From the IMG/VR virus record IMGVR_UViG_3300029892_000001: a DNA stretch of 64,000 bases. The stretch is one strand, 5' to 3'. The position numbers and the translations under genes are program-made. Position 1 is the stretch's first letter. The number at the start of each line of letters is the position of its first letter. The DNA is from a virus. Below, in pieces: positions 20,070 to 30,715 of this stretch. Below the pieces are notes generated by a model. That model was not told where the DNA came from and did not search any database. It saw only the letters and a list, made by a program, of their open reading frames with translations.

Positions 20070-20657
20070 ATGATCATGGGTCACTACATGAAGGTCAGCG
20101 AACTTCCGCCCTCCATCCAGAAGGGGCTGGGGATGGCCGGCTATTGCCGAAAGGACGTCGAGGTGTGCGTCCAAGAGACTTTCTTCACGCGACCGCCCAG
20201 CGGACGAGGCCGTCGCGGGTACGTCGTGGCATGTCGTCTCGACGATACCGAAGAGTGTAAGATCACGTGGGGCTCCTTCGGGGGCTCGAACATGTTCACG
20301 AAGACGATCGATGACTCTGACGAGAGTGTCGAGATTCCGCGCGATATCGCCTTCATCTCTGGGATGGGGAGTGGGGGCACGGGATATCCGGCTTCGGCGA
20401 CCATCTACATCAGTCCGAAGAATATGAATCCCCAGCTCCTTCCGCCGACGACGAACGTCAGCGAAAAGGAAGCAAAGATTCTCGGCGTCTTCAAGGGAAT
20501 CAAGAGCAGCTACAGGAAAGAATACCTGGAGCGACTGGGGGCGACTGCATCGGAAATCGATTCGCTGGTGGCACGAGGTTTCTTGAGCCGCAACAAAGCA
20601 GGCGCGACGAGCATCACCACGGAAGGGCGGAACGCCGCCGAAAAGAGCTACTACTAA
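20070..20657 (+). CDS. hypothetical protein with C-terminal winged-helix-like segment
   Basis: 195 aa; IDSLVARGFL......ITTEG pattern. Confidence 0.7.
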   Translation: MIMGHYMKVSELPPSIQKGLGMAGYCRKDVEVCVQETFFTRPPSGRGRRGYVVACRLDDTEECKITWGSFGGSNMFTKTIDDSDESVEIPRDIAFISGMGSGGTGYPASATIYISPKNMNPQLLPPTTNVSEKEAKILGVFKGIKSSYRKEYLERLGATASEIDSLVARGFLSRNKAGATSITTEGRNAAEKSYY

Positions 20658-21277
20658 TGGCCAGGCATATCCTCTGCGCACTCATTCTCTGTGGGTGCTC
20701 GTTCGACCTGAGCGCCCTCGGTCCTCGGGACGGAGGCCCCCGCGATTCAATGGCCGACGCTCAAATCGATGCTCAAATCCTAGTCGATGCAAGCGACGCT
20801 GAAATCGACGCCACGACAGAAATCGATTCAGGCAGCGATTCGGGTTCGGACGTTGGAACAGACGCAGCGGTGTTCGATTCTGGTTCTGACGCGAGCATGT
20901 TTGCTGACGCCGGGCCGGACTCCGGACCTCCGCTAACCTGCACCGATGTACCAGATATTTCTGGTAGTTACCGAATCACCCATCGACTGATGGGGTGCAC
21001 AGAGACGGATTACGGATACGTTCCGTTGACTCGTCTTAGTGCATGCGAGTATGAATTCGATGATGGCACGGTTACGAATCCCATCTTTGATGGTCCTTGT
21101 GACGTCATCCTCCTGGGGTCGTTGTACACCTATGAATGCGATATCAGGCATGGTGTATGGCGATATCGTTGCACTCTGGTGCCCGTATCTGGTGGTCTAA
21201 ATGTGGACTGCCGATTTGTGTCGGGAACGTCGCCACTCACCACTGATCCGTGTTCATTCTTCGCCCCGTCTGCCTGA
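20657..21277 (+). CDS. myxobacterial-style lipoprotein
   Basis: Lipobox-like ILCGC, Asp/Ala/Gly-rich (DA/DSG/DAG) linker, Cys-rich C-terminal domain. Confidence 0.65.
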   Translation: MARHILCALILCGCSFDLSALGPRDGGPRDSMADAQIDAQILVDASDAEIDATTEIDSGSDSGSDVGTDAAVFDSGSDASMFADAGPDSGPPLTCTDVPDISGSYRITHRLMGCTETDYGYVPLTRLSACEYEFDDGTVTNPIFDGPCDVILLGSLYTYECDIRHGVWRYRCTLVPVSGGLNVDCRFVSGTSPLTTDPCSFFAPSA

Positions 21278-21545
21278 ACATGAGCCACGCATTTCTCAGA
21301 ATGATGGAAGCGTTCCACGCTTTCATGAGCGGACCTCGCTGTCGAATATGCGACAGCCGGATATGCACCAGACCAGGATGCTGTGACGATCACGCTCAAA
21401 TCGATCGAGCGATTGTGACCTGTGCCAACGTCTGTTCGTATGTCTCGTTGGAGGACTGCCTGACGTCCGATTCGTTTCGGGGGATGGACGCAGGACAAGT
21501 ATTCCTCGCGTACAAGGCCGGCGAGTTGCTCGCCAGAAAGCGATA

Positions 21546-21869
21546 GTGATGTCGTACGATAAGAATCTTCGTGAACAGAAGGTAAGGGAGTACCTTCGTC
21601 ACCTGGCTGCGGTGATCGTCGATACCGAATTCAGCGAAGACGAAACCCTGGATCACAGTTCTCCGGAGGCTAAGAAGGCCCGGGAGATCGCAGCGGAAGC
21701 ACTTCTGGGGATGGCCGAGGGGGCATTCGTTCAATCAACACCCCAAGAGCTTGCTCTGAATCTACTTGCCTTTTACCAAAGGCAAGCTTCACTCATGCGA
21801 AATCCCCACGATGATGGAGCAATCGAGGCGCTCACGCGACTGACCCAGCAGATTGGAGCTAAGCGATGA
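21546..21869 (+). CDS. hypothetical protein
   Basis: Coupled to neighbours. Confidence 0.55.
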   Translation: MMSYDKNLREQKVREYLRHLAAVIVDTEFSEDETLDHSSPEAKKAREIAAEALLGMAEGAFVQSTPQELALNLLAFYQRQASLMRNPHDDGAIEALTRLTQQIGAKR

Positions 21870-22396
21870 CGACCATTGATTCGTTCTTCACGCTCAAGAA
21901 CGTTTGGTTGGGTAGGGGAGAGGAAACTCCTCAATTCGAGGCCATCTTGGTAATCAAGGGGCGTGACGTCGCGTACGTCAAGAATCGAGGAACCGGTGGT
22001 TCGAATTCCTATCAGTGGATCGAGCCCTTCTCACATCAGTGGGCTGAGAAGAAACTGCTTCCCGTCGCGGTGAAGGTTGCCTCGGCAAAAGAGCCCGAGT
22101 TCGCCGATCTGTACTCCCGAAGTGCCAGTACCGCTCTGGACTCGTTGGTCTTCGACGCCGTCGAAACTTACCGGTTTACGCGAGGCAAGGACAAGATCCC
22201 GACTTCCGCTCCGCAAGGCCTTAAGAGAGGCGCGACCGTGGAGTTTGGTCGGGAAAACGGGGAAAAGACGAGGGGCCGAGTTCTCAAGATCAACAAGAAG
22301 AGCGTGCTCGTGGAAACATTGGAAGACCGCGGATCGAGGCACGTGAAAGGAGCCAAGTTCCGAGTACATCCTTCTCTAGTCACCGTCGTCTCTTGA
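21866..22396 (+). CDS. hypothetical protein with C-terminal SH3/KOW-like barrel
   Basis: LKRGATVEF...GRVLKINKKSVLV...FRVHPSLV. Confidence 0.6.
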   Translation: MTTIDSFFTLKNVWLGRGEETPQFEAILVIKGRDVAYVKNRGTGGSNSYQWIEPFSHQWAEKKLLPVAVKVASAKEPEFADLYSRSASTALDSLVFDAVETYRFTRGKDKIPTSAPQGLKRGATVEFGRENGEKTRGRVLKINKKSVLVETLEDRGSRHVKGAKFRVHPSLVTVVS

Positions 22397-22651
22397 CTAA
22401 CGGATGACAAGGAATATTGTACCGATTCATACAGAATCGGAGGAACCAGAAAAACTTCTCACCCTGTCCGACGCCCGAGCCATTGCATCGGACAGGGTGA
22501 AAATCGAGAACATCCCGTTCGTTATATGGTGGGTGATGAACCGGGGTTATGTCATCCTGCCCCAAGGGACACGCCCAAAATGGTTCTTCGCTTCTGAGGA
22601 GGAGATTATTCTCCCACCGGGTGACTAAATGGATATGGATTGGCGCAACCC

Positions 22652-22699
22652 TCTTGACGAATTCACTCTCAGGTTTCTTGACGAATTCACTCTCAGGTT
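22652..22699 (+). repeat. perfect 24-bp tandem duplication in ORF 22629-22934
   Basis: TCTTGACGAATTCACTCTCAGGTT x2 (LDEFTLRF x2). Confidence 0.85.
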
Positions 22700-23006
22700 C
22701 CTGATGTCGCAGCTCACGAACGACCGTGAGGCGTACCTCAGGATGGCCCGAGAGGTCAAGAGTCTGGACGAGACCGCCGGAGAGGCGTTCATGATCCGCG
22801 CCGAAGAGTGCGGACGCATCATCCAGCAGCTTCGTCGGCAGCTCGAAAGGGCGGCATCGTTGCCTCCTCCCGAGCCTCCTGCCGCACCGCGTCATCCATT
22901 CGATCCCATGGACCCACCGCGCAAGAAGTGGTGAGCTAACACCAAGCCACCAGAAATCGTCGCAATCCGCGCCCAATAGACTTGACTGCACGTTGCCGTC
23001 GGCCTA

Positions 23007-23309
23007 TTGGTTGGATGTGATGTTGGACTGGTTTTGTCGTATGGAGTATGCGACGGGATTGAGAATCTACTTCAGCATCCAGACTACCATGAGGTCCTAA
23101 TGGGACCGCGAAAGTTCACGGTGTTCCTGACCGAAGTACGGAAAGGTCATAATGGTGGGTGGAGGTGGCACAAGTGGGGCCCCTACATCGGACACCAAGA
23201 GCGTAGCGGATGTGAATACCTCGACGAAGAACCCAACATCGAAAGCGTGTTCCTATTCAACATCGTCGAGCATCGAATTCCGCCCGAGGAACTCGCGACT
23301 ACTCCATAA
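23007..23309 (+). CDS. phage hypothetical protein (WRWHKWGPYIG motif), start uncertain
   Basis: Motif recurrent in phage proteins; no clear RBS. Confidence 0.5.
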   Translation: MVGCDVGLVLSYGVCDGIENLLQHPDYHEVLMGPRKFTVFLTEVRKGHNGGWRWHKWGPYIGHQERSGCEYLDEEPNIESVFLFNIVEHRIPPEELATTP

Positions 23310-23335
23310 ATCCCACGCACTATCGGTGGGGACAT

Positions 23336-23352
23336 GAACCCTGCCGATAATA
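23336..23352 (+). promoter_or_regulatory. 17-bp motif copy 5
   Basis: GAACCCTGCCGATAATA. Confidence 0.75.
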
Positions 23353-23426
23353 GATAGCGTCTGGCGGCAGTTCGCCGCCGAGAGTTCTACAACAACGGTA
23401 CCTGTTCCTAAGGAGATACATACATC

Positions 23427-24152
23427 ATGGCAAAGACCAAGCCTCAGACCCGCACCCACACCCCGAAGCCGATTCCCGCGATGCTGGAGGGTGCGTTCAG
23501 CACCGTCATCGAGAACCGCGTCGCGGAGCTGAACAACCAGCTCGCCCGAGAGGGCCGTCTGACCAACGACCCGCTCGCGGTTTCGCTCCGCAACCTGCGC
23601 ATCGCCCTGAAGGAGCAGGGCTTCAGCTTCGAGCGCATCCCGGTCGGGGCGGCTCCGGTCGCCGCCGCTCCCGCGGCTCCGGCCCCCGCGAAGGCCAGGC
23701 AGGCGCCCGCGAAGACGAAGACCACGCCCCCGGCGGCGGGGCCCACCAAGAAGGTTCGTACGATCAAGGAGGAGCAGATCGAGGCTCTTCAGGTTCCGGG
23801 TTCGGTTTCGGAGACCGCGCCGTACGGAACGGACGCCGATGGTCGGCCGCTGGCGCCCTACGGTGTGAAGCAGGACGGCACGCCGATGAAGCGTCGTGGT
23901 CGTCGGAAGGAGACGCCCGCCGCCGCTCCGGCGAAGGCGGCCCCCTCGAAGCCGGCCGCTCAGGCGGTGGCCTCGGAGGAGACCGAGGAGGAAGAGACCG
24001 AGGAGGCCTCGGAGGACGAGGACGAGGTCGCGGCGGCGGTCGCAGCGCTCACCTCGGACGAGGAGGAGACGGAGGAGGCTTCGGAGGAGAACGGGTCCGA
24101 GGACCTTTCTTCGGAAGACCTCGACGGGCTCCTGGACAGCCTGGACATCTGA
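23427..24152 (+). CDS. low-complexity protein: Ala/Pro/Lys linker, AT-hook-like KRRGRRK, acidic tail
   Basis: Strong TAAGGAG RBS; strongly G/C-ending codons; flanked by motif and hairpin-TTTAA. Confidence 0.8.
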   Translation: MAKTKPQTRTHTPKPIPAMLEGAFSTVIENRVAELNNQLAREGRLTNDPLAVSLRNLRIALKEQGFSFERIPVGAAPVAAAPAAPAPAKARQAPAKTKTTPPAAGPTKKVRTIKEEQIEALQVPGSVSETAPYGTDADGRPLAPYGVKQDGTPMKRRGRRKETPAAAPAKAAPSKPAAQAVASEETEEEETEEASEDEDEVAAAVAALTSDEEETEEASEENGSEDLSSEDLDGLLDSLDI

Positions 24153-24182
24153 TCCTCTTCCTCTAGGACAGGACCGATAAAC

Positions 24183-24230
24183 CGATAAAACGGGCCCCGA
24201 GCAATGTGCTCGGGGCCCGTTTTCGTTTAA
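24183..24230 (+). terminator. hairpin + TTTAA element
   Basis: AAAACGGGCCCCGAGCA/TGCTCGGGGCCCGTTTT then CGTTTAA. Confidence 0.75.
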
Positions 24231-24857
24231 TCACGGGCGCGCTCGATATTATCTCGTCATTATGACAAAGCCCGAATTTGTAGCGTACGCATACTTCTCA
24301 CGTGGCGGACGTTTCAAATTCGTGGCAAATAGTTATGACGACGCAATGGCTCGGGCGCAATTTTGGTACGACCTCTTCATGACAGAGTGGGGCGGCCGTT
24401 CTGTAGAAGGAGAGGAAGTAACTTCGATTTGCGTCGTCAAGCCCTGTGGGACTGAAGTCGAATTGTTGAGGTGAAAGGGGTTCGACGACATTGTGGTGGT
24501 TGTACCCGAGAACCCTCCGAGCGAATCCTACGCGCAGGAAACGAGCTTCAACAATGCTTGCGGTGTCCTCACCGTGAACCTCATCCTACGCCAAATGTCA
24601 GCGATACGGAAGAAGTAGCTATGTCACAAACCACAGTTGCAACGGGTCAGCGATGGCAGGGAAAGCCCATCGGATTCGATCTATGCTCATGGGAGGTGAC
24701 AGCGATCGGCGAAGATGGTACAGTAGCACTCGCTGGACCAGGGCGCGGTCGTCCAGTAATCTATGTCTCCGTGGACGAGTTAGAACAGGATTTTCGTTTG
24801 GTGCCGGCACATTGGGACGAGGATCCGGAAGGTGCGTCAGAAGACTTCTAGTAGAGC

Positions 24858-24874
24858 GAACCCTCCCGATAGTA
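24858..24874 (+). promoter_or_regulatory. 17-bp motif copy 6 (GAACCCTCCCGATAGTA)
   Basis: Variant core CCTCCCG complementary to CGGGAGG (RBS) at 24900-24906. Confidence 0.7.
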
Positions 24875-24912
24875 AGCCGTAGCCGCCTACATCGGGCAGC
24901 GGGAGGTCAATT

Positions 24913-25245
24913 GTGACTGATAAAGATGACAAGAAAGAGCCTTCCGAACACGTGGGAATCATTCTGGGCGAATGTGAAACCCACGAAGGTCAACACGTTC
25001 TCTTCGAACGCGATGGCGCGGTAGCGCTAGGAACCCTCCGCCCCTTCGAGGAAGGGAAGCCTCTCGATCCCAACGTGGAACTGGTGGAAATCCAGCAGGC
25101 CGGTCCTTTCACTCTCCTTCGAAACCACGGCCGTGTGGGAAGGGCCACGTCTCAGGGACCCGCGATGGTCAACAGCAAGGCATTCAAGACCGGCTGGGAC
25201 CAAATCTTCGGTGCGAAGAACACCGCACAGAAGATGGTGAACTGA
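24913..25245 (+). CDS. hypothetical protein
   Basis: GPAMVNSKAFKTGWDQIFG C-terminal motif. Confidence 0.6.
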   Translation: MTDKDDKKEPSEHVGIILGECETHEGQHVLFERDGAVALGTLRPFEEGKPLDPNVELVEIQQAGPFTLLRNHGRVGRATSQGPAMVNSKAFKTGWDQIFGAKNTAQKMVN

Positions 25246-25446
25246 ATGACGGACGAGGAGATTCTTCGGAGTCTATTCAAAGTCCTACAAGAAGCTGCAC
25301 ACCGAGAGATCCCTCTCAAGACGATCGTTGAACACGTGAAGACGAAACAGCGATCTTGGGACGTGTGGCAGAAAAACAAGGTTCATCTGGTGACCTTCTT
25401 CACGATGGAGTGGAAGAGGGCCCGGGAACAAGACCGCAAGGTCGCC

Positions 25447-25486
25447 TGACTGAAGAGCCTGCTAATGCAGGCTTTTCGTCATTTAA
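25447..25486 (+). terminator. hairpin + TTTAA element
   Basis: GAAGAGCCTGC-TAAT-GCAGGCTTTTC...TTTAA. Confidence 0.7.
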
Positions 25487-25814
25487 GCCGGAGGCTCTGT
25501 CATGTCGCAGGAGATCTATCTGGTAGTCGACGGCGATGAACGTCGAGTTTCACCGTGAACTCTCTCGTCGAGAAAAGCGTTGAGAACTATGACGTCGCGG
25601 CGCAAGTCAAAAGAGAAGTACGACAAGTATCAAGCAGACCGTGCACAACTGGAAAAGGCTGTAGCTGACGCCGAAAAGAAGCTCTCCGCTGCCAAGAAAC
25701 GCCTTGCGCGTTTCGACTCCGAGCGTCTAAATCCCCATCTTGCTTGCGGCTGGTGTAGTGCATGTCTGGTGGGTGAAGAACGACTGTGCGACGGGGCGCC
25801 GGTCTAGGTAGACC

Positions 25815-25831
25815 GAACCCTGCCGATACTA
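25815..25831 (+). promoter_or_regulatory. 17-bp motif copy 7
   Basis: GAACCCTGCCGATACTA. Confidence 0.75.
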
Positions 25832-25873
25832 GCCAGGGCAGTCGACCACCGACCGCAGAAAGGAAAATGAATA

Positions 25874-27172
25874 ATGGACCGTCGAGACAGGATGGCAATG
25901 TATGGGTCCGACCTCAAGTCGCTTCCCGAGGTCGAGATCGACCTGGATGCCATGACCGCGACTTTCTACGTCGAGCCCGATCTTCCCGCGGCTCCTCTGC
26001 GGGAGAAGTCGGAGTTGGAGCTTCGAGGGGAGCAACTCGACGAGAGTATCTCGAAGTTCATCGATGAGGTGATCGATCGTCTCGTCGATAGCAAGAAGAT
26101 CGAGCCCAAGTACATGGGAAGCTGCTACGGGTGGAGCATCCATTTCCCCGAGCGACCCGAGGGATACATGGACTTCCTTCCGGAGTCCCGGCGTACCTGG
26201 TTTCAGGGCACGCTTCGAGAGATGTTGGTGGACGCCCTTCGTACGAAGAGCTTCTACAACTTCTTCAAGGGATACCTCTCAGTGGATCTTGCGAGCCGCT
26301 GGCAAAGCCAATGGGACACCGAAAGGCCCAAGGCTCCGCATACGATCGTTCTGTCTCTGCAATTCGGTCCCCGCGATTGGATTCAGCTAGATAAGGACGA
26401 CTCGCAAAATCGTACTCGTCCGAGCATTCGCCTGTGGTTCAAGAAGAACGGACGTAAGGTTTTCTCGCTTCGAGAGATCCAGCAAGACAACCTGCCATAC
26501 TACATGACGCAGGGCTCCGGACCAAGGATTCCGTTCCACTTCGGAATCGGTGCCATGGAATGGATCATTCGTGACCAGGAGGACGAGCAAGGCCTGAACT
26601 TCTTCCAGAAGTGCAAGCTCCGTGCGTCGAAGGGCTGGGACATGTTCTCGACTGGAAGCATTTCGTTCGGTAGCCTTGGCCGGGCGCTGAATAGGATGGT
26701 CCACGGAGAGACCACGAAGGAGCAGTACGAGGAGACGCTCCGGTCCTGGCTCGGTCTCCAGGACTACGACATGGAGCAGTGGCCTAACGCTTCGATGGAA
26801 CTCGTTCAGAAGGCGCGAGAGGAACTCGGAGATTGGGTTCTTCGATTCCTGGAACCCGGCATGGTCGAGCACGTGCTGCACCTCAAGTGGGAGGTCTGCG
26901 GGACCTGCGACGGAAAGGGCGAGCACGTGAACCCCAGCATCGACGCTCACGGAATCACGGCGGACGAATTCAGCGAGGACCCTGATTTCGCTGAGGAGTA
27001 CTTCCGTGGATCGTACAACGTCAACTGCTACGAGTGTGGGGGCCGTACGACGTCACTCGTGATCAATCGCGAGCGAACCAGCGAGGTTGCCCTAAAGGCG
27101 GCTGACGAGATCATCAACGACCACTACGACTACATCCGTGAGTCCGAGGCCGAACGAAGGATGGGCGCATGA
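25874..27172 (+). CDS. hypothetical protein with C-terminal Zn-finger module
   Basis: 432 aa; WEVCGTCDGKG..VNPSID.HG and CYECGG. Confidence 0.75.
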   Translation: MDRRDRMAMYGSDLKSLPEVEIDLDAMTATFYVEPDLPAAPLREKSELELRGEQLDESISKFIDEVIDRLVDSKKIEPKYMGSCYGWSIHFPERPEGYMDFLPESRRTWFQGTLREMLVDALRTKSFYNFFKGYLSVDLASRWQSQWDTERPKAPHTIVLSLQFGPRDWIQLDKDDSQNRTRPSIRLWFKKNGRKVFSLREIQQDNLPYYMTQGSGPRIPFHFGIGAMEWIIRDQEDEQGLNFFQKCKLRASKGWDMFSTGSISFGSLGRALNRMVHGETTKEQYEETLRSWLGLQDYDMEQWPNASMELVQKAREELGDWVLRFLEPGMVEHVLHLKWEVCGTCDGKGEHVNPSIDAHGITADEFSEDPDFAEEYFRGSYNVNCYECGGRTTSLVINRERTSEVALKAADEIINDHYDYIRESEAERRMGA

Positions 27173-27513
27173 CCGAAGCTGACCGTGAAGACGCCGAAGA
27201 AGAAAAGTGTGTGGTCTTCAATAAGTTCACTGGTGCATACCTGATCGTCTTCAATCGGCCAGTCCCGCAGGGCAGCGAACCATCAGAGATGCATATCGAC
27301 ACTCTGGACCCTAGTGAGGCAACGGTGTTCCCCTCACATGAGAAGGCCCAGGAGTACGTCGATTTCGAGAACAAGGAAGAACCGGGAGAGCCGTGGATGA
27401 TTGGCATTCCTGGTGTTCTCGATCCCGAGAGCGTTCGAGACTTCGTCGCCAGGTCAACAACTTGCAGCCCAAGAGATCATAAATCTTCGGGCCCGTCTTC
27501 GTTGAAGGGATGA
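27169..27513 (+). CDS. hypothetical protein
   Basis: ATGA overlap. Confidence 0.5.
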   Translation: MTEADREDAEEEKCVVFNKFTGAYLIVFNRPVPQGSEPSEMHIDTLDPSEATVFPSHEKAQEYVDFENKEEPGEPWMIGIPGVLDPESVRDFVARSTTCSPRDHKSSGPSSLKG

Positions 27514-27898
27514 AAATGAACGACCGAAAGCGTCTCCTTCTGATGAAGGATGTATACACCGCAGTCCTGGTCAGCACCGAGACTTTCCGCGGTAGAGTCG
27601 GAGCGGATCTCGCCTACTTACTTGGTGCAATTGCCTCCGTAGGCGATGACAAAAAGAAGTGTGCCTTCTCACCTCGGTCTCGAATCGTCAAGATTCTGAA
27701 GGCACACTTCTCGGAGGACCACACGGTTTGGTCCTTCATCGACCTCACGTCCTAGTATAAAGCACGCTCCTGCGTGCAATGAGTGCGGTTTTCTCTGGCA
27801 CCAGCCACACCCACAACATAGCGCTTCCGCGCCCTCAGATTGCTCTTTTAGGGAAAATCGCTCTCGTTGCACGCAGGAGCCGAAAATAAGGAAGGAGA

Positions 27899-28354
27899 AT
27901 GATGATGTCCAATGGTAAGAACGACGAGGTTTCAAAGTTCGAGGTTGACTGCGGCCCACCGGACGGGTTCAAGGTTCAGATCGACGTTTCTGCCCGAGAT
28001 GTTGCCAGTCTGATCTGCTCTGGCTTCGAGGGCGGAGTCAGTTACTGGTGTCGCATCATGGACTACCGAGAGCCGAAGGTTGTCCGCCCCGTCATTGACG
28101 AAGACGAGGTATTCAAGCACAACGATTACCCGCTTCTGGATGGCGGTGCGGTGATCTGTCGCGTCTTCGACGAGGGCACGGACAAGAAGTACGCTCCTCT
28201 CGTACTCGACCGCGATGCGGTACAGCGAGGACTGACTCTCATGGCAGAGAAGTACCCGCGCCATTGGGGAGATTTCCTCAGCACGAACTACGACGCGTGT
28301 ACCGGAGATGTTTTCCTTCAGCTCTGCCTTCTGGGCGAGGTCGTGTACGGATGA
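27899..28354 (+). CDS. conserved phage hypothetical protein
   Basis: EGGVSYW...DACTGDVFLQLCLLGEVVYG motif. Confidence 0.75.
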   Translation: MMMSNGKNDEVSKFEVDCGPPDGFKVQIDVSARDVASLICSGFEGGVSYWCRIMDYREPKVVRPVIDEDEVFKHNDYPLLDGGAVICRVFDEGTDKKYAPLVLDRDAVQRGLTLMAEKYPRHWGDFLSTNYDACTGDVFLQLCLLGEVVYG

Positions 28355-28852
28355 CCATCGACGAAATGATCGCTGAGCTGAAGCGAGTTAGGGAAGAATC
28401 CCCTCTGAAAGGGGACACCGTGGTCGTCGTGTGCCTAGAAGGAAGTGGGATTTCCGACAGCCAACCTACTTCGGTACTACTCGACACCGATCCCCACATG
28501 AAGGATTGGGACAACAGGTACGTTCCGAATGGAGTCGCTCAGGTCTTTGTGCCTGAAAGCAACCACGAGGTGAGGGAGTAATGATCAAGAAGCTGGAGTC
28601 TTTCATCTGGGCTCTTCCGATCTCGTTCACAGTCCGTGGCATTCTGGCGGACAGTGAAGCCCGTGAGGCATTCAAGATCGGAGTCATCGACGGCCTCGTC
28701 GCAGAGCGCGAACAGGATGAGAGTTATATCGGGATGACGTGGGACGACAACCAGAACGCGAACGAGTGCTACGACGCCGGAGCCAATTTCGGCCAACGCA
28801 TCGGTCGTGTCCTGATGGCGGCCACGGATTTTCCCTTCCGTGAGGTCGTGAG

Positions 28853-29152
28853 ATGAGTACTCCGGATATCCTGGAGAGGGTCCGTTCGGCAATCGACGAA
28901 GTCTTCGGTCGATACATTTCGGCGGACCCGGCTCGTCGTCGCAAGATCATCGAGGAAGCAACCTTTCTCGGTGAAGACGATCCAGGGGAATGGGCGCCGA
29001 ACGCCGATGTCGTGATTCACTGTGAGTCGGGAATCCCGAGTGGCTCATGGAACCCCAAGGAACTGGAAATGTGGTTCGAAGTGAGCGACAAGCTCAAGAC
29101 CCATTTCTGTGAACACGTCAACTCGGCCGTCATCGGAGTCTATCCGGGTTAA
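28853..29152 (+). CDS. hypothetical protein
   Basis: Coupled ORF, 99 aa. Confidence 0.55.
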   Translation: MSTPDILERVRSAIDEVFGRYISADPARRRKIIEEATFLGEDDPGEWAPNADVVIHCESGIPSGSWNPKELEMWFEVSDKLKTHFCEHVNSAVIGVYPG

Positions 29153-29418
29153 TGATATGGCAAAGATCGTTGAAGGTCCGAAGCCGAAACGCGTAACCTG
29201 CCGGGACTGTGAAGCAGTCATAGAATACCTTCCAGAAGAGGTCGAACGTTACTCCGGGAGGGATTACAGCGGAGGTCCTGACGGATACGAACGGGTCAAG
29301 TGCCCTCGTACCGGCTGCCCCGGTTACGGCTACGTTCGGTCCTGGTAATCAGAGTTCGGGGGCTAACTACCTCCAACCAATTTCCCCACCTGTCAATTCG
29401 AAAAGGAACCTGTCAATC

Positions 29419-29709
29419 ATGAGTATCCCTGCACGTCGAATCCATGAGTTCGTCCCTCCGTCGGCTCCTCCTTCGGCCACGGCGCAGCCGGTAGGGGAGG
29501 CACCGAAGTTCGTCGGTCATCTTCTGGAGATGCCTCTCACGAACGGAGAGAGCGCGATGATCGATCCCGACGAGGTCATCAGTGTCTCGGCCCATCGTCA
29601 GGAAGCAAACGTGACTGTCCTGCGACAGCGAGACGACAAGTTCACCTACTTCATCAATCGACCTTATGGTCTGGTGAAGCAGTGGATCGAACAGGCGCTA
29701 GACGATTGA
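29419..29709 (+). CDS. hypothetical protein
   Basis: RBS, biased codons. Confidence 0.55.
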   Translation: MSIPARRIHEFVPPSAPPSATAQPVGEAPKFVGHLLEMPLTNGESAMIDPDEVISVSAHRQEANVTVLRQRDDKFTYFINRPYGLVKQWIEQALDD

Positions 29710-29920
29710 TGACACCCGGCTCTGTGAAGTGGGCGTTGCTCAACGCGAAGGATCAGGCCAGTCGAGGCCGAAAGGATTCCGCTCTCCGTTGGCTACGTGA
29801 CGCGAAGAACCGAGCAATTCTCTCCGGAGAAGAGATTCGCCTCTCTCCTGAGGAGATGGCAGATCTCGTCGATACGGTCGACGCCCTCATTGGGAATCCC
29901 CCGCTCGACTAGTAAAGGAC

Positions 29921-29960
29921 GTCAACCCTGCCGATACTAAACGGTGTCGGCAGGGTTGAC
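29921..29960 (+). promoter_or_regulatory. 17-bp motif copy 8 embedded in 17-bp inverted repeat
   Basis: GTCAACCCTGCCGATAC-TAAACG-GTGTCGGCAGGGTTGAC (16/17 Watson-Crick, one G-T). Confidence 0.8.
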
Positions 29961-30010
29961 CCTGCTAGTCCCAACAACCCGTGAAGCACAAGAAAGTGTG
30001 GAGGTAAATC

Positions 30011-30487
30011 ATGTCGAATCGTGCACGTTTCGAGACCACGGACGGAGAGCACCTGCGCATCAGCCGTGGGACGCTCATGATCTTCAAGGGCGAGACCGGA
30101 GAGTACATCGAGTTTTCGCTGTCCGGTGAGATGAGCTACGATCCCAAGAAGAAGAAGCTCGTCGTCCCGATCTACGTGAAGTCGAGCGAGAAGCTCATCA
30201 CCACCACGTTCGAGTACAACATCACGAAGGGCCCCGAGCAGTTCCGGAAGGAAATGCTGGAGACGTTCATCGCGACCGAGAAGAGCCGTCTCGTGAACAA
30301 GGTCAAGTCCCTTCCCGAGACGGTGGACGCGGATCCTTCGGGAACCGGTGGTTCACCGAACCCGGAGTTCGAGAAGGCGAGGAGCGCGCTCAGCGACTTC
30401 TGCGTCCGATACGGACTCGACTTCTACGAGGAGATGGGCTGGACGCGGCCGAAGTCCGAGAAGTCCAAGAAGAAGGCGAAGGCCTGA
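30011..30487 (+). CDS. hypothetical protein, basic C-terminus
   Basis: GGAGG RBS, strongly G/C-ending codons. Confidence 0.75.
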   Translation: MSNRARFETTDGEHLRISRGTLMIFKGETGEYIEFSLSGEMSYDPKKKKLVVPIYVKSSEKLITTTFEYNITKGPEQFRKEMLETFIATEKSRLVNKVKSLPETVDADPSGTGGSPNPEFEKARSALSDFCVRYGLDFYEEMGWTRPKSEKSKKKAKA

Positions 30488-30715
30488 TTCCAATGGAGAG
30501 GCCCGAGGAGGAAGAGGACTGGACCGGTCTGTACGACTGGCACACGGCGACGTGCGCTGAGGTCCCGCACGTTGCTGTCTTCCGACATGAAGGCGGATTG
30601 GACGAGACGCGCATCGCCGATTTCTATATCATCGATGGAGATTGGCAGACTGCGGAAAATCTGGCCATCGAACTCGTGGATCTCTTGAACGAGAGAGCAA
30701 AAAGCTCGAAGGACT

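Noticed and set aside
25502-25807. Programmed double frameshift joining MSQEIYLV... to ORF 25580
   Set aside because: The two compensating shifts fall in short T and A homopolymers (~25548, ~25610); sequencing indels or decay are more likely.
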